64,000 nt of DNA, from positions 1,664,001 through 1,728,000 of the forward strand of contig JAKFCY010000002.1 of assembly GCA_036676395.1 (NCBI GenBank). Reading direction: 5' to 3'. Position 1 is the stretch's first letter. Every line of letters starts with the position of its first letter. Below are positions 18,177 to 28,466 of this stretch, piece after piece. This DNA comes from Bdellovibrio sp. (GTDB lineage: Bacteria; Bdellovibrionota; Bdellovibrionia; Bdellovibrionales; Bdellovibrionaceae). Below the pieces are notes generated by a model that was not told the origin of the DNA, made no database searches, and worked only from the letters and a program-made list of their open reading frames with translations. The position numbers and the translations under genes were made by a program.

Positions 18177-19559
18177 ATGACTAACTCACAAACAATTCCC
18201 ATTTATAATTTAGGCAATGATTTTTACGACGAAGTCACACCTGCGACTTTTCCTGAAAAAAAATTAAGATACTTTAATCCCCATTTGAATTTGCAAACGA
18301 TTCCCGATTTCACCGTTGAACATCTTTGGCATTTTCACCCACTAAACAACAACATATTAAAACCCTTAGCGCTTCGTTATCACGGCCATCAATTTCGTCA
18401 TTACAATCCTGACATCGGCGATGGCCGCGGTTTTTTATATGCGCAAGTTATGCAAAACAATCAGTGGTATGACTTAGGCACAAAAGGTTCAGGCACAACC
18501 CCTTATTCACGTAGTGGCGATGGACGCCTGACTTTGAAAGGCGCTGTTCGCGAAGCCTTGGCCACTGAAACCTTAGAATCCTACGGTGTAAACACCAGTA
18601 AAACAGCCTGCATTTTTGAAACTGGCGAAAGTTTAGTTCGTGGTGATGAACCAAGCCCGACGCGCTCGGCAGTTTTAACCCGTTATAGCTTAGGTCATAT
18701 TCGCATTGGTACTTTTCAAAGATTGGCCTTTTTTAATCAAACAGAAAATATTAAAAAATTAACTAAGTACGTTTTAAAATATTACTATCAAGACGAATGT
18801 AAAAAATTAGACTGGGATAACGATCTTGATGTGGCAACACGTTTTTTACAATGCGTCGGTGAACGTTTAGCTCATCTGGCCGCCCAAGTGATGATGGCTG
18901 GTTTTGTTCACGGCGTTTTAAATTCAGATAATATTAATGTCTCGGGCGAATTATTTGATTACGGGCCGTATCGCTTCTTGCCCGATTACGATCCGCAATT
19001 TACCGCCGCTTATTTTGATCAACAGGGTTTATATAGTTTTTCAGAACAACCAAGTAATTTTTTATGGAATCTAGCGCAGCTTACACAGTGTTTGATGAAA
19101 GCTTACCCGCAGCTTCCGGGCCAATTGATCTTAGAAAACTTTCAAGAGCAATTTAATGATTATTTGTACTTAGCTTTTCAGAATAAATTAAATGTTCGTT
19201 TTATAGATGATGAAACAACTACTGAAGCGATTTCTCTGTTTTTCCAAACCGTTACAGATAAGAGTATAAATTTCGAAGAAGCTTTTTTTGCGTTTCATTC
19301 AAGTCATATAGATAAAGAATTACCCGCTAGTATTAAAGATATGACGTCTGCACAGTTGTTGAAAAAAATGATTGCATCAGCCCATGTCATTGATGAAAAA
19401 ATTAATACGCACGCGTATTTTAAAAACGAAAAACCAGAGATGTTATTGATTGATAAGATAGAAGCTATTTGGAAAAAAATCAGTGATCAAGATGACTGGA
19501 CTTTATTCGAAAACAAAATCCAGTCACTAAGATTATTTAGAGGCGTCTACAGTTTGTGA
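18177..19559 (+). CDS. selO: Protein adenylyltransferase SelO/YdiU
   Basis: YHGHQF, GDGRG, KGSGTTPYSRSGDGR, GFVHGVLNSDN, FDYGPY. Confidence 0.93.
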   Translation: MTNSQTIPIYNLGNDFYDEVTPATFPEKKLRYFNPHLNLQTIPDFTVEHLWHFHPLNNNILKPLALRYHGHQFRHYNPDIGDGRGFLYAQVMQNNQWYDLGTKGSGTTPYSRSGDGRLTLKGAVREALATETLESYGVNTSKTACIFETGESLVRGDEPSPTRSAVLTRYSLGHIRIGTFQRLAFFNQTENIKKLTKYVLKYYYQDECKKLDWDNDLDVATRFLQCVGERLAHLAAQVMMAGFVHGVLNSDNINVSGELFDYGPYRFLPDYDPQFTAAYFDQQGLYSFSEQPSNFLWNLAQLTQCLMKAYPQLPGQLILENFQEQFNDYLYLAFQNKLNVRFIDDETTTEAISLFFQTVTDKSINFEEAFFAFHSSHIDKELPASIKDMTSAQLLKKMIASAHVIDEKINTHAYFKNEKPEMLLIDKIEAIWKKISDQDDWTLFENKIQSLRLFRGVYSL

Positions 19560-22500
19560 ATGACTGTTACTTTCGTTTTGGCCATTTCCTGCGTAAGCAG
19601 CCACTGGCGCTTCATCATCACCTTGGAATCTGCGCACAAGTCTTTGCGACCAGTTACGGAATCCTTCAATATAACCAAACGCTGCCGGAACAACGATTAA
19701 AGTTAATAACGTCGAAGATAAAATACCGCTGATGATCGCCACGCCCATTGACTGGCGTTGAGTTCCTAACTCAGTCACCCCAATGGCAATCGGAATCATA
19801 CCCGCAATCAAGGCTAATGATGTCATGACGATTGGACGTAAACGCGTTCGTGATGCTTTAACAATCGCTTTATTCATCTCGATACCGTCATCCATTAAAT
19901 GCTTTGTATAATCCACGAGTAGAATCGAGTTCTTCGCCACAACACCCATTAATAGAATGAGTCCGATGATTGAGAAAATATCGATTGATAAGTTAAAGAC
20001 CACAAGACCTACGAAGGCTCCAGAAATACCCAATGGTAACGCCAGTAAAATCGTAAACGGCGTCACGAAACTTTCGTACAATGAAGCAAGTACCAGGTAA
20101 ATAAATAGAACTCCTAGACCCATAGCGATGATCATATTACCAATAAGATCTTTAAAGTCTTGCGCTTGACCTTCGAATTTGTAAGTTACACCTAATGGTG
20201 GTTTTAACTCGTTGGCTAACATTCTTTCGATCTCACTCGTGATCGTCCCTAACTGTCCGCCCGGGCCTAAGTTTGCGGTTATGGCAATGAAGCGTCCTTT
20301 ATTTTGACGATTGATTTGCGAATAGCCTAAAGCCTCTTCAGCTTGAGCGACACGATTAAGTGGAATCATATTAAAATTCGAATTCGGAACAAACGTCGTA
20401 TTGAATTCTTTTTTCAAATCCATTTCTGAATCAGGAAATTTCATACGCACATCATACTCAATACCATTTTGACGATAAACCGCAGGTAAAGCACCTTCTG
20501 TGCGGTAACGAAGTTCTGCCCCGGCAGTCACTGTCGAAATACCTAAAGCTTCTGAACGTTCACGGTTAAACACCACATGAAATTCAGGCTTACCACCACG
20601 AAAGTTAGTATCCACGTCAACTAAGCCCGGGATCGCCTGAATTTTCTTTTGTAATTCTAGAGTGTACTTAGAAAGTTCTTCTAAGTTATCACCAACGATA
20701 TATAGATTAAGTGGTTTTTGCCCGCCGCCACCGATATCGTAGTCACCTACGGCAATGATCGCATCATTTTTATAATTTTCAGTAATTTTTCTGACCATTT
20801 CTTTTACGTCAGTTGTTGAATAGCCTTTACGTTCTTTTGCAGGCTTAAGTGCAACGTAGAAATCAGCTTTGTTTGATTCAAAAGACATCGAACCCACTGT
20901 CAGAGCCACGACTTTTACTTGCGGAAGAGCTTTAACTTCGGCTTCCAGTTTTTTAGCGAATTCGAAAGTTCCAGCTAACGATGTTCCCACCGGAGCTTCG
21001 ATAGAAACTGTAAACTCACCAGTATCTGCTGCTGGTAAGAAAGTTTTTTTAACAATCGCACCACCACCAATTGTTGCGACTAAGAAAAACGTAAGAGCAC
21101 TGGCTAATACGGTTTTACGGTGGCCAAGTGTCCAATTAAGTGCTGCTTCATAAACGTCTTCAAGCTTTGTTTGAAAGCGATCAAAAGCCGCAAGCATTCT
21201 ATTAATAAAGTTATCTTTTTTCTTTTCATGATCTTTTTTAGTCACCATGTAAGCTGAAAGCATTGGCGCCACAGTAAAGGCATCCCACAATGAAATAATC
21301 ATGGTAAACACGACTGTTAAGCCGAACTGTTTAAAGAATTGCCCGATGATTCCAGGCACGAACGCAATTGGACCAAACACGGCAATAACCACTAACGTTG
21401 TGGCCACAACCGCTAAAGCAACTTCTTTTGTTCCTTCAATGGCTGCTGTTTTTGGATCTTTGCCCATTTCTAAATGTCTAAAAATATTTTCACGCACAAC
21501 AATGGCATCATCGATCAGTAACCCTACCGCAAGCGACAGAGCGATCAATGTCATGATGTTTAATGAGAAACCCATCGCGTACATTAAAATGAATCCACCT
21601 AATAAAGAATTCGGTAATGCCAGACCAGTAATAAAAGTAGATTTTGCTGAACCTAAGAAGAAAAACACCACTAAAATACAAAGGGCAATACCGATAAAGA
21701 TAGTCTCTTTAACGTCAGCCACATTCAGACGAATCGGAACTGATCCGTCACGAACCATTTTGGCTTCTGCATTAATTTTCTTTTCTTTTAAAAAAGCATT
21801 AACTAGCTCTACTTGTTCTTTTACACGATCTGCAACGGCTACCGTATTTGCGCCAGACTGTTTATACACTTGTAAGAATAAAGCAGTCTTTCCGTCGATT
21901 GACGAAAAACGCTGAGCCTTAGCTAAACTTTCTTTTACTTCAGCGACTTCCGATAGTTTTACCGGGCGATCTGAACCGATAAAGTTAACGGCCACATTTT
22001 TAATTTGGTCTAAACTTCCGAATTCACCCACCGTACGATACACGGTTTCACTTTTTGCGGTTTCATACTTACCAATAGGAATATCTTTTGATGTATCTTC
22101 GATGCGTTTTGCAATCTGCACCATTGATAACTGGCGATCTTGAAGTTTATCTTTATCAACTAAGATTTGAATTTCTTTTTTACGGCCACCAACAATACTA
22201 ACTAAACCCACATCCGGCAGACGCTCAAATAATGGTTTAATCTGTTCATTAGCAATATCGTATAAGGCTGCCGGATCTAAATCAGAATTCACCGCAATCA
22301 TCACGATCGGTTGATCGGCTGGATCAAATCTGCGAATAATTGGCTCTTCGGCATCGTCTGGAAGTTTATTGCGAATATTCGAGATACGATTTCTAACTTG
22401 CTGTTCAGATTCTTTAATATCAACGCCAAGTTTGAACTTGATGATGATTGAACCTAACGAGTCATAGTTAAAAGAAGAAACAGTTTCAACGCCAGGGAGG

Positions 22501-22718
22501 GACGATACTTCATCTTCAATTGGTTTAGAAATCTGGCGCTCGACGTCCACAGGAGAAGCCCCTGGATACATCACTTGCACGGCTACGACGGGGAATGTCA
22601 CATCCGGAAATTGATCCACTGGCATTTTCTTGTAGGACATCAGCCCCAAAACAATCATTAAAATAACTAAACACGTAATAAAAATCGGACGTTTAATCGA
22701 TAATTCTGCTAAATTCAT
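19533..22718 (-). CDS. RND efflux transporter (AcrB/AcrD/AcrF family)
   Basis: 1061 aa; GLLIDDAIVVRENI, KNSILLVD, RLRPIVMTS. Confidence 0.96.
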   Translation of the reverse strand: MNLAELSIKRPIFITCLVILMIVLGLMSYKKMPVDQFPDVTFPVVAVQVMYPGASPVDVERQISKPIEDEVSSLPGVETVSSFNYDSLGSIIIKFKLGVDIKESEQQVRNRISNIRNKLPDDAEEPIIRRFDPADQPIVMIAVNSDLDPAALYDIANEQIKPLFERLPDVGLVSIVGGRKKEIQILVDKDKLQDRQLSMVQIAKRIEDTSKDIPIGKYETAKSETVYRTVGEFGSLDQIKNVAVNFIGSDRPVKLSEVAEVKESLAKAQRFSSIDGKTALFLQVYKQSGANTVAVADRVKEQVELVNAFLKEKKINAEAKMVRDGSVPIRLNVADVKETIFIGIALCILVVFFFLGSAKSTFITGLALPNSLLGGFILMYAMGFSLNIMTLIALSLAVGLLIDDAIVVRENIFRHLEMGKDPKTAAIEGTKEVALAVVATTLVVIAVFGPIAFVPGIIGQFFKQFGLTVVFTMIISLWDAFTVAPMLSAYMVTKKDHEKKKDNFINRMLAAFDRFQTKLEDVYEAALNWTLGHRKTVLASALTFFLVATIGGGAIVKKTFLPAADTGEFTVSIEAPVGTSLAGTFEFAKKLEAEVKALPQVKVVALTVGSMSFESNKADFYVALKPAKERKGYSTTDVKEMVRKITENYKNDAIIAVGDYDIGGGGQKPLNLYIVGDNLEELSKYTLELQKKIQAIPGLVDVDTNFRGGKPEFHVVFNRERSEALGISTVTAGAELRYRTEGALPAVYRQNGIEYDVRMKFPDSEMDLKKEFNTTFVPNSNFNMIPLNRVAQAEEALGYSQINRQNKGRFIAITANLGPGGQLGTITSEIERMLANELKPPLGVTYKFEGQAQDFKDLIGNMIIAMGLGVLFIYLVLASLYESFVTPFTILLALPLGISGAFVGLVVFNLSIDIFSIIGLILLMGVVAKNSILLVDYTKHLMDDGIEMNKAIVKASRTRLRPIVMTSLALIAGMIPIAIGVTELGTQRQSMGVAIISGILSSTLLTLIVVPAAFGYIEGFRNWSQRLVRRFQGDDEAPVAAYAGNGQNESNSHSQTVDASK

Positions 22719-22721
22719 GAC

Positions 22722-24164
22722 TTACTCCGCACCGTTTACAGTGTCGATAAAAAATAAACTTGAAGCTTCAAGCTTTCTTAAGCTTGATCTTGTTCTTAAT
22801 AAATTAATTTCTGCTTCGGCGGCGTCGGTTTCAGCGAGCACCACATTGGCTGTGACTGTGCGGCCTTTAGAAAGCTTATCTTGTTCGGCTTTTGCACGTT
22901 CACGTTGATAACCCGCTACTTTTTCTAAAGTAGCTACAGAGTTTTTTAATACGTCATACTTACGGATTAAATCAGTCCAAGCATCCTGACCTTCGCTACG
23001 TCTTTTTTCTGCTTTATATTTTGCAGCTAAAGCATCTTTTCTAGCCGCATCACGAGTTGCTGATTTTGATCCCGTTTCAAAGACCCAAGTTAAATTCACA
23101 CCGAGTGAATTTTTTGGATAATCATCTTTAGTCATGTCACTCACCGCTTGTTGGTGATCACGGTCATATGAAGTTCTTGTATAATTCGCAAACACTGATA
23201 AATCCGGACGTAAACCATCCACAGTTTCATCTGCAATTAGCGAACGAGCTTCAGCTTCAAGAGAAGCAATGCGAGCTTCGATTTTTTCGACGTTTTTCAT
23301 TTTAATAAGATTAATTAAATAGGGACGAGAAGTTCCTAAATCGCCGTTAATTTTTGGTGTTTGTTCTCCGTCTGGTAATTGTAAATTATCGCGAAGTTTA
23401 ACTTCTTGGGCTTTTACTTCTTCTTCAGCTGCGATAAACTGAGCTTCACGTAAGGCCATGAGCGCTTTTGCATTCATCAAATCAGAACGATCAGAAATCC
23501 CATTACCGACGCGATTAGCTGTCCATTTATCAATTTTTTGTGCGCGCTCTAAGTTCGCTTTTTTAAGTTTTAAATCTTCTTGAGCAAGAGCGTAATCCCA
23601 GTAATTTGATTCAACATCATATAAAGCTAGGCGGGCTTGTAATTCAGCACCTAACTTCTCTACTTCAGCTAATTTCTCTAAACGAGAAACTTTGGTGCGC
23701 GTTCCGTGCCCAAAAGAATCTTTCCATAGGGATTGCTGGAGAGTTACACCAACGCTTCCCGTACTGTACATGTCATAGCCCGGTATCACTGAACCTGTAT
23801 TCGTAAATTCGCCAGTTTGCGCATCTAATTTAACTAAAGTTCCCGTGAAGAACTTTTTCGCAATTCCTAGATTGTAAACTTCAGCCTCGCGCTCAGGACC
23901 AAGTTGATTCGGGCGTGATTTATCATTTGAAGTTAAGTAACCGAAAGTCAAAACTGGAGCTAAATCAATTTCGGCAGCTTTTGTTTTGAGGTCTGCCGAT
24001 TCAAGACTGTATTGATAAGATTTTAAAAGCGGATTTTTTTCTTTCGCTAATCCGATATACTCATCAATTGATATGGCTTGCGCATCTTGAATGAACAAAG
24101 CCAGGGTTGCTGTCATAACAATGGCTAAAAATTTACATTGTTGCTTTACGGTTGAAGTTCTCAC
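22722..24164 (-). CDS. TolC-family outer-membrane efflux protein
   Basis: Signal peptide, coiled-coil/beta pattern, position between TetR and RND genes. Confidence 0.85.
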   Translation of the reverse strand: MRTSTVKQQCKFLAIVMTATLALFIQDAQAISIDEYIGLAKEKNPLLKSYQYSLESADLKTKAAEIDLAPVLTFGYLTSNDKSRPNQLGPEREAEVYNLGIAKKFFTGTLVKLDAQTGEFTNTGSVIPGYDMYSTGSVGVTLQQSLWKDSFGHGTRTKVSRLEKLAEVEKLGAELQARLALYDVESNYWDYALAQEDLKLKKANLERAQKIDKWTANRVGNGISDRSDLMNAKALMALREAQFIAAEEEVKAQEVKLRDNLQLPDGEQTPKINGDLGTSRPYLINLIKMKNVEKIEARIASLEAEARSLIADETVDGLRPDLSVFANYTRTSYDRDHQQAVSDMTKDDYPKNSLGVNLTWVFETGSKSATRDAARKDALAAKYKAEKRRSEGQDAWTDLIRKYDVLKNSVATLEKVAGYQRERAKAEQDKLSKGRTVTANVVLAETDAAEAEINLLRTRSSLRKLEASSLFFIDTVNGAE

Positions 24165-24799
24165 ACTAGAGCTCCTGTTAAAAATAGATCGACGACTTGT
24201 TTTTTAAATAAATCTTTATCTTTGATGAATTCTTCGCAATCTGAATTGATTTTGGTTTTACAGTCCATAAGTTCAAAGAAACCAAAAACTCCTTCTGAAA
24301 GCAGAATAAAAAATATCGCGGGGTGAAGACTTTGCTTCACGATGCCTTCGGCCTGCGCTGTTCTGAACATTTCAAAAAAGTTTTGAATCATCGGATAAAA
24401 AACTTCTTCATGAACTTCTTTACATAACGGCATACCTTCAATTTTTTCACGGGCTAAGATCAACGAAATTTCAGGATGTGACGAACGCATCTCGATCATA
24501 TTGCCAACCATCGTCTCTACTTCTTTCATAAAAAGCTCTTTAGTCATTGGTTGGCTGCGAAATTCAGAAATTGAAGGCTGAACTTTTTCACGCACTTTTA
24601 AAGCAAACTCGCGAATCACTTCGCGGTATAAACCTTCTTTACCGCCGAAGTGATAAGAGATTAATGAAATATTTGCTTGTGAATCTTTTGAAATATCGCG
24701 AGTTGATGTTTTGTCTAAACCGCATCTAGAAAATAACTTAGCTGCAGCTGCCAAAATACATGTCTTCGCATCTTGTTTTGAATTTAATTTTGCAGACAT
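24161..24799 (-). CDS. TetR/AcrR family regulator
   Basis: ILAAAAKLFSRCGLDKTSTRDI...ISYHFGGKEGLY. Confidence 0.93.
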   Translation of the reverse strand: MSAKLNSKQDAKTCILAAAAKLFSRCGLDKTSTRDISKDSQANISLISYHFGGKEGLYREVIREFALKVREKVQPSISEFRSQPMTKELFMKEVETMVGNMIEMRSSHPEISLILAREKIEGMPLCKEVHEEVFYPMIQNFFEMFRTAQAEGIVKQSLHPAIFFILLSEGVFGFFELMDCKTKINSDCEEFIKDKDLFKKQVVDLFLTGALV

Positions 24800-24859
24800 A
24801 AAATCCTCGGGTTATCTAATTAAGCTAACTTAGGATCGGTTAAAAAGCAGTAAAAATTT

Positions 24860-24875
24860 AATCAATCGTTTGATT
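24860..24875. promoter_or_regulatory. Putative TetR operator
   Basis: AATCAA-TCGT-TTGATT palindrome 60 nt upstream of tetR. Confidence 0.55.
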
Positions 24876-24967
24876 TTATTGCAAATCATTGAATTTACTA
24901 ATGAATTCTAGTCTCATTTGGTAATCACTAGGATGTTTACTCTAGTTTTTAGCTGCATTTTTGATAC

Positions 24968-24997
24968 AAAAAAACCCTGAAAGCACAACTTTCAGGG
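24968..24997 (-). terminator. Intrinsic terminator of the small Cys/His lipoprotein gene
   Basis: CCCTGAAAG-CACAA-CTTTCAGGG with a 7-U tract on the minus strand. Confidence 0.8.
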
Positions 24998-25031
24998 CCT
25001 ATCTAATGACTAAATAAGTTCTCTTAAAAAA

Positions 25032-25244
25032 CTAAGAACCTTTAGCGCACTCAGTACAACCAGCAGCTTTTTTTTCATCTTTTTTAGCTGTATCGTGGCC
25101 GCCGCATTTACAAGCTGTGCCTGATTTTTCGCACGCACATGCTGCTCCACCGTGATCGTGTTTGTGGCCGCCAGACATATGGCCGCAGCCTTGAGCAGTG
25201 ACAAAAAGTGTAAATAAAATTGACGTAGCTAGGATTTTTTTCAT
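25032..25244 (-). CDS. Small His/Cys-rich lipoprotein (metallothionein-like)
   Basis: AQGC lipobox; HKHDH, CAC, CKC, CTEC; GGAGA SD; own terminator. Confidence 0.7.
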   Translation of the reverse strand: MKKILATSILFTLFVTAQGCGHMSGGHKHDHGGAACACEKSGTACKCGGHDTAKKDEKKAAGCTECAKGS

Positions 25245-25381
25245 GAATTCTCCGTGGTTATGTTTATTTCAGAGAAAAAAAACCTGTTAAGTTAGGCTTT
25301 CTCTCTCTCCTTTGATATTTTTGCCTAAGTTTCAGTTAAAGACAACTGGACTAAGGCGCGGTTCAGCGCCTAGGGGGATCC

Positions 25382-26320
25382 ATGAAAAAGTCTACATTAG
25401 TTAGCGTGCTCGTGACCATGTCATTCATCAGCCAACTGGCTTATGCTCAGACCGACAATTCTAATCTAACCGGAACAACCACCCTTCTCGTGGGGCCCGC
25501 ACCCACTGAAGTTCCCGCTAAGGCGCAAGAGCTTTATACGCCAAGAAATAATGTCTATTACATTAAAATACACCAAGCCGCAGATAAAATTATCTCGATC
25601 GTAAGCAGCTTAAATATGTTCTTATTAGATAATTTAATCGCTCAAAATAATGAAACCATGTCATTACTTGATTTTGAATATCGCGAAAATCCAGAGGTCA
25701 CTGTTGAAGCCTACGAACGCATTCATCATTTTGGCGGCTGGGTAAAAAATAAAAAAAGTGGCGATTGTTTTAATACACGCAATAAAGTCCTCGTTCGCGA
25801 AAACATCGGTGATATTAAATTAAAAGAATCAAATAAATGTTCTGTAGCCGAGGGCGAATGGGTTGATCCATATTCTGGAAACACCATGACTGATGCGCAA
25901 GCTGAAATTCAAATCGATCACATGGTTCCACTTAAAGAAGCGTATATCTCTGGAGCTCACAAATGGACTTTTAAAGAACGTTGCTTGTACGGAAACTACT
26001 TAGGTTACAGAAACCATTTAGTTGCCGTAAGCGGCGAAGAAAATAACGAAAAAAGCGCTAAAACTCCCGAAGACTACATGCCAAGTAATCAAGCTAATCA
26101 CTGCGGCTATTTAAAAGACTGGTTAAAGATCAAATCTTTCTGGGGATTAAGTTTAGTGCCTGAAGAAATGAAAGCTATTCGTAAACTTGTTGATGAAGCA
26201 AATTGTGATAAGTCTGAATTTACCGTGACCCAAAAAGAGCTTGAAGAACAAGAAAAGTTTTTTAAAGCGAATGCGGAATTGTGTCGGGTTTACGAACAAA
26301 ATCAAAACAAAACCCCATAA
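25382..26320 (+). CDS. Exported HNH endonuclease (DUF1524-like)
   Basis: AYA signal peptide; CFNTRNKVL, WVDPYSG, IQIDHMVPL, NHLVAVSGEENNEKS. Confidence 0.85.
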   Translation: MKKSTLVSVLVTMSFISQLAYAQTDNSNLTGTTTLLVGPAPTEVPAKAQELYTPRNNVYYIKIHQAADKIISIVSSLNMFLLDNLIAQNNETMSLLDFEYRENPEVTVEAYERIHHFGGWVKNKKSGDCFNTRNKVLVRENIGDIKLKESNKCSVAEGEWVDPYSGNTMTDAQAEIQIDHMVPLKEAYISGAHKWTFKERCLYGNYLGYRNHLVAVSGEENNEKSAKTPEDYMPSNQANHCGYLKDWLKIKSFWGLSLVPEEMKAIRKLVDEANCDKSEFTVTQKELEEQEKFFKANAELCRVYEQNQNKTP

Positions 26321-26335
26321 TCCAAATCCTTGAAT

Positions 26336-26367
26336 AAAAAAAGCCGCTTAATCAAAGCGGCTTTTTT
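26336..26367. terminator. Bidirectional intrinsic terminator
   Basis: AAAAAAGCCGCTT-AATCA-AAGCGGCTTTTTT between convergent genes. Confidence 0.85.
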
Positions 26368-26390
26368 CGTTTAACATCTCAATTTAAAAA

Positions 26391-28322
26391 TTAATTCAAA
26401 TTCTTTTTAAAGAACTCAATCATGTGACCGATTTCTAAAACTTGATTTTCTTTCTTACTTGATCCGTGACCTTCATCAGCAAAAATAATTAATTGTGAAG
26501 CAATATTTTTCTTTTGTAGCGTCTCATGAATTTGAATCGCCTCGCCTGCTGGTACACGCGGGTCATTCGCACCTTGAATGATCATTAATGGGTCGCGCAC
26601 TTGATCCACGTATGTGATCGGTGAAAGTTTGATTAATGATTCTTTATCTTTAACTGGGTCACCGTATTCAGTGATACGCAAAATTCTGCGGTAAGGTGCC
26701 GTGTTATTTAAAAATGAAACTAAATCACTCATACCAACCAGCGCTACCCCTGTGTTGTAAGCACCTGCAAAGCGGCTCATCGCCATTAGTGTTGCATAAC
26801 CACCGTAACTCCAACCCATCACACCAATTTTCGGTGTAACGCCATTACGAGCCCAGTTCTTTTTCATCCACGTGGCAGCATCTTCGATATCTGTAATCAC
26901 AGCTTCACGTTTTGGACCATTATCCATATCGATCCATGTTTTACCGTAACCGTCACTTCCGCGCACGTTTGGTTCAGCAAAGATAAAACCTTCATTCACA
27001 AAAGCTTGGGCCATCGGGCTAAAGCCTGCTTCAGATTGCCCTTCTGGGCCGCCATGAAAATGAACTACGATCGGACAAGTCTTTTCTTTGCAGCCTTTTG
27101 GAAAGCGCACGAACATCGGAATTTTAACACCGTCACGCGTTTCATAATTCATAAGTTCTGCAACTGCGAAAGATTTTAAATCAACTTCAGGAGCAGATGG
27201 CAGTACCCACTGAGTCATTTGTTTTGTGTTCCAGTTATAAGAGTAACTTACACGCGGAGTTTGTGCAGAGATAACACCCACCATAGTTACAGAACTATCA
27301 CGTGTAGTTTTGCCGGCAAATACATGATCGGCATTTTTAAATTTAGGTAACGTGATGGGTTTAAACGTTTTAGCATTCATGGCATACAATTCAGTGTAAC
27401 CATCGCGGTTTACGTTATAAACAATGCGTGTTCTTTTTTCATCAATCGAAAAACCAGAAACATCGAATTTTAAATTTTTATCAGTGAGTGGTTTTAGGTC
27501 TTTTGATTTTGCTGGCGCAAAAAGATATAATTTTTTAAATTCTTCTTTTGGAGTTTGCACAAGGTATTCACCTTTTTTAGCGCCAAATGAAACTTCGAAT
27601 TCACCTTTTTCATCAACACCGATGATAGGCTCAAGTTTTTTAGTCGCCTGATCATAAGTGTAGTATTCAGAAGTTTTAGAACCTGTCGCTTTATAGAATA
27701 ACAATTCTTTGCCATCGTCTTTTTGATCGGCAATACCCCAGTAGCCGCTGCCTTCGTAAACTAAAGTTTTTTCGCCCGAGCTTAAATCCATTTTATAAAT
27801 ATTGTATGAATCAGGCTTGGTGTCGTTAGCTGTAAAATAGATTGTGTTTGAATCTTTAGTGATAAAATCAAAGCGCGTTTGCACTTTAGCTTTACGGTAC
27901 AATTCTGTAATTTGGCCCGTGGCCAAATCTAATTTAAAAATTCCCGGATTTTCTTCGCCATTACTGTCTTTAGAAATAATTAAAAATTTACCGTTGGGTG
28001 CGATTTCACTTAAACTGACCGCATCCGAGCCAGAAGTTAACTGCACCGGAAACTTTTGCGGGCCATCGATTTTCCAAACATGGCTGATACCTGTTACACG
28101 CCATGTGAAAAATAACGTCTTTTTATCAGGTGATAACAACCCCATTCCCGGCGCTGTCACATCAAACATTTTTTTAAGCTTATTCGTCATGACCGGGTTT
28201 AAAGCCGGTGGCGCATATTTTTTTAAAGTTTCTGCACTCACCGAGTCAGAACCATGCCCCTTATACTGAGCCATCACATTCACTGCTAATAACGAAGTAA
28301 TAGCAAAAGACATCCATTTCAT
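26391..28322 (-). CDS. S9 family prolyl oligopeptidase/acylaminoacyl peptidase, exported
   Basis: HGGPE, PNVRGSDGYG, GWSYGG, GANDPRV, DEGHG. Confidence 0.95.
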   Translation of the reverse strand: MKWMSFAITSLLAVNVMAQYKGHGSDSVSAETLKKYAPPALNPVMTNKLKKMFDVTAPGMGLLSPDKKTLFFTWRVTGISHVWKIDGPQKFPVQLTSGSDAVSLSEIAPNGKFLIISKDSNGEENPGIFKLDLATGQITELYRKAKVQTRFDFITKDSNTIYFTANDTKPDSYNIYKMDLSSGEKTLVYEGSGYWGIADQKDDGKELLFYKATGSKTSEYYTYDQATKKLEPIIGVDEKGEFEVSFGAKKGEYLVQTPKEEFKKLYLFAPAKSKDLKPLTDKNLKFDVSGFSIDEKRTRIVYNVNRDGYTELYAMNAKTFKPITLPKFKNADHVFAGKTTRDSSVTMVGVISAQTPRVSYSYNWNTKQMTQWVLPSAPEVDLKSFAVAELMNYETRDGVKIPMFVRFPKGCKEKTCPIVVHFHGGPEGQSEAGFSPMAQAFVNEGFIFAEPNVRGSDGYGKTWIDMDNGPKREAVITDIEDAATWMKKNWARNGVTPKIGVMGWSYGGYATLMAMSRFAGAYNTGVALVGMSDLVSFLNNTAPYRRILRITEYGDPVKDKESLIKLSPITYVDQVRDPLMIIQGANDPRVPAGEAIQIHETLQKKNIASQLIIFADEGHGSSKKENQVLEIGHMIEFFKKNLN

Positions 28323-28466
28323 AAAAATTCCCTCTTTTTTAATGGTTACCAAGTTATCTTAAAACTTAAGCAGCGGTTGTCATGTAATATTTTTTAGTTT
28401 GTTTAACCTTTTTACCTACCTAGCCAGTCTAAAGTTTCGTCTGGACCCAATGGAGGGGTTTAAATA

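Noticed and set aside
20869..21915. Long antisense ORFs inside the RND gene, and similar shadow ORFs elsewhere (6312, 11020, 11198, 27844, 36014)
   Set aside because: Antisense to confident genes, no motifs; expected from codon bias
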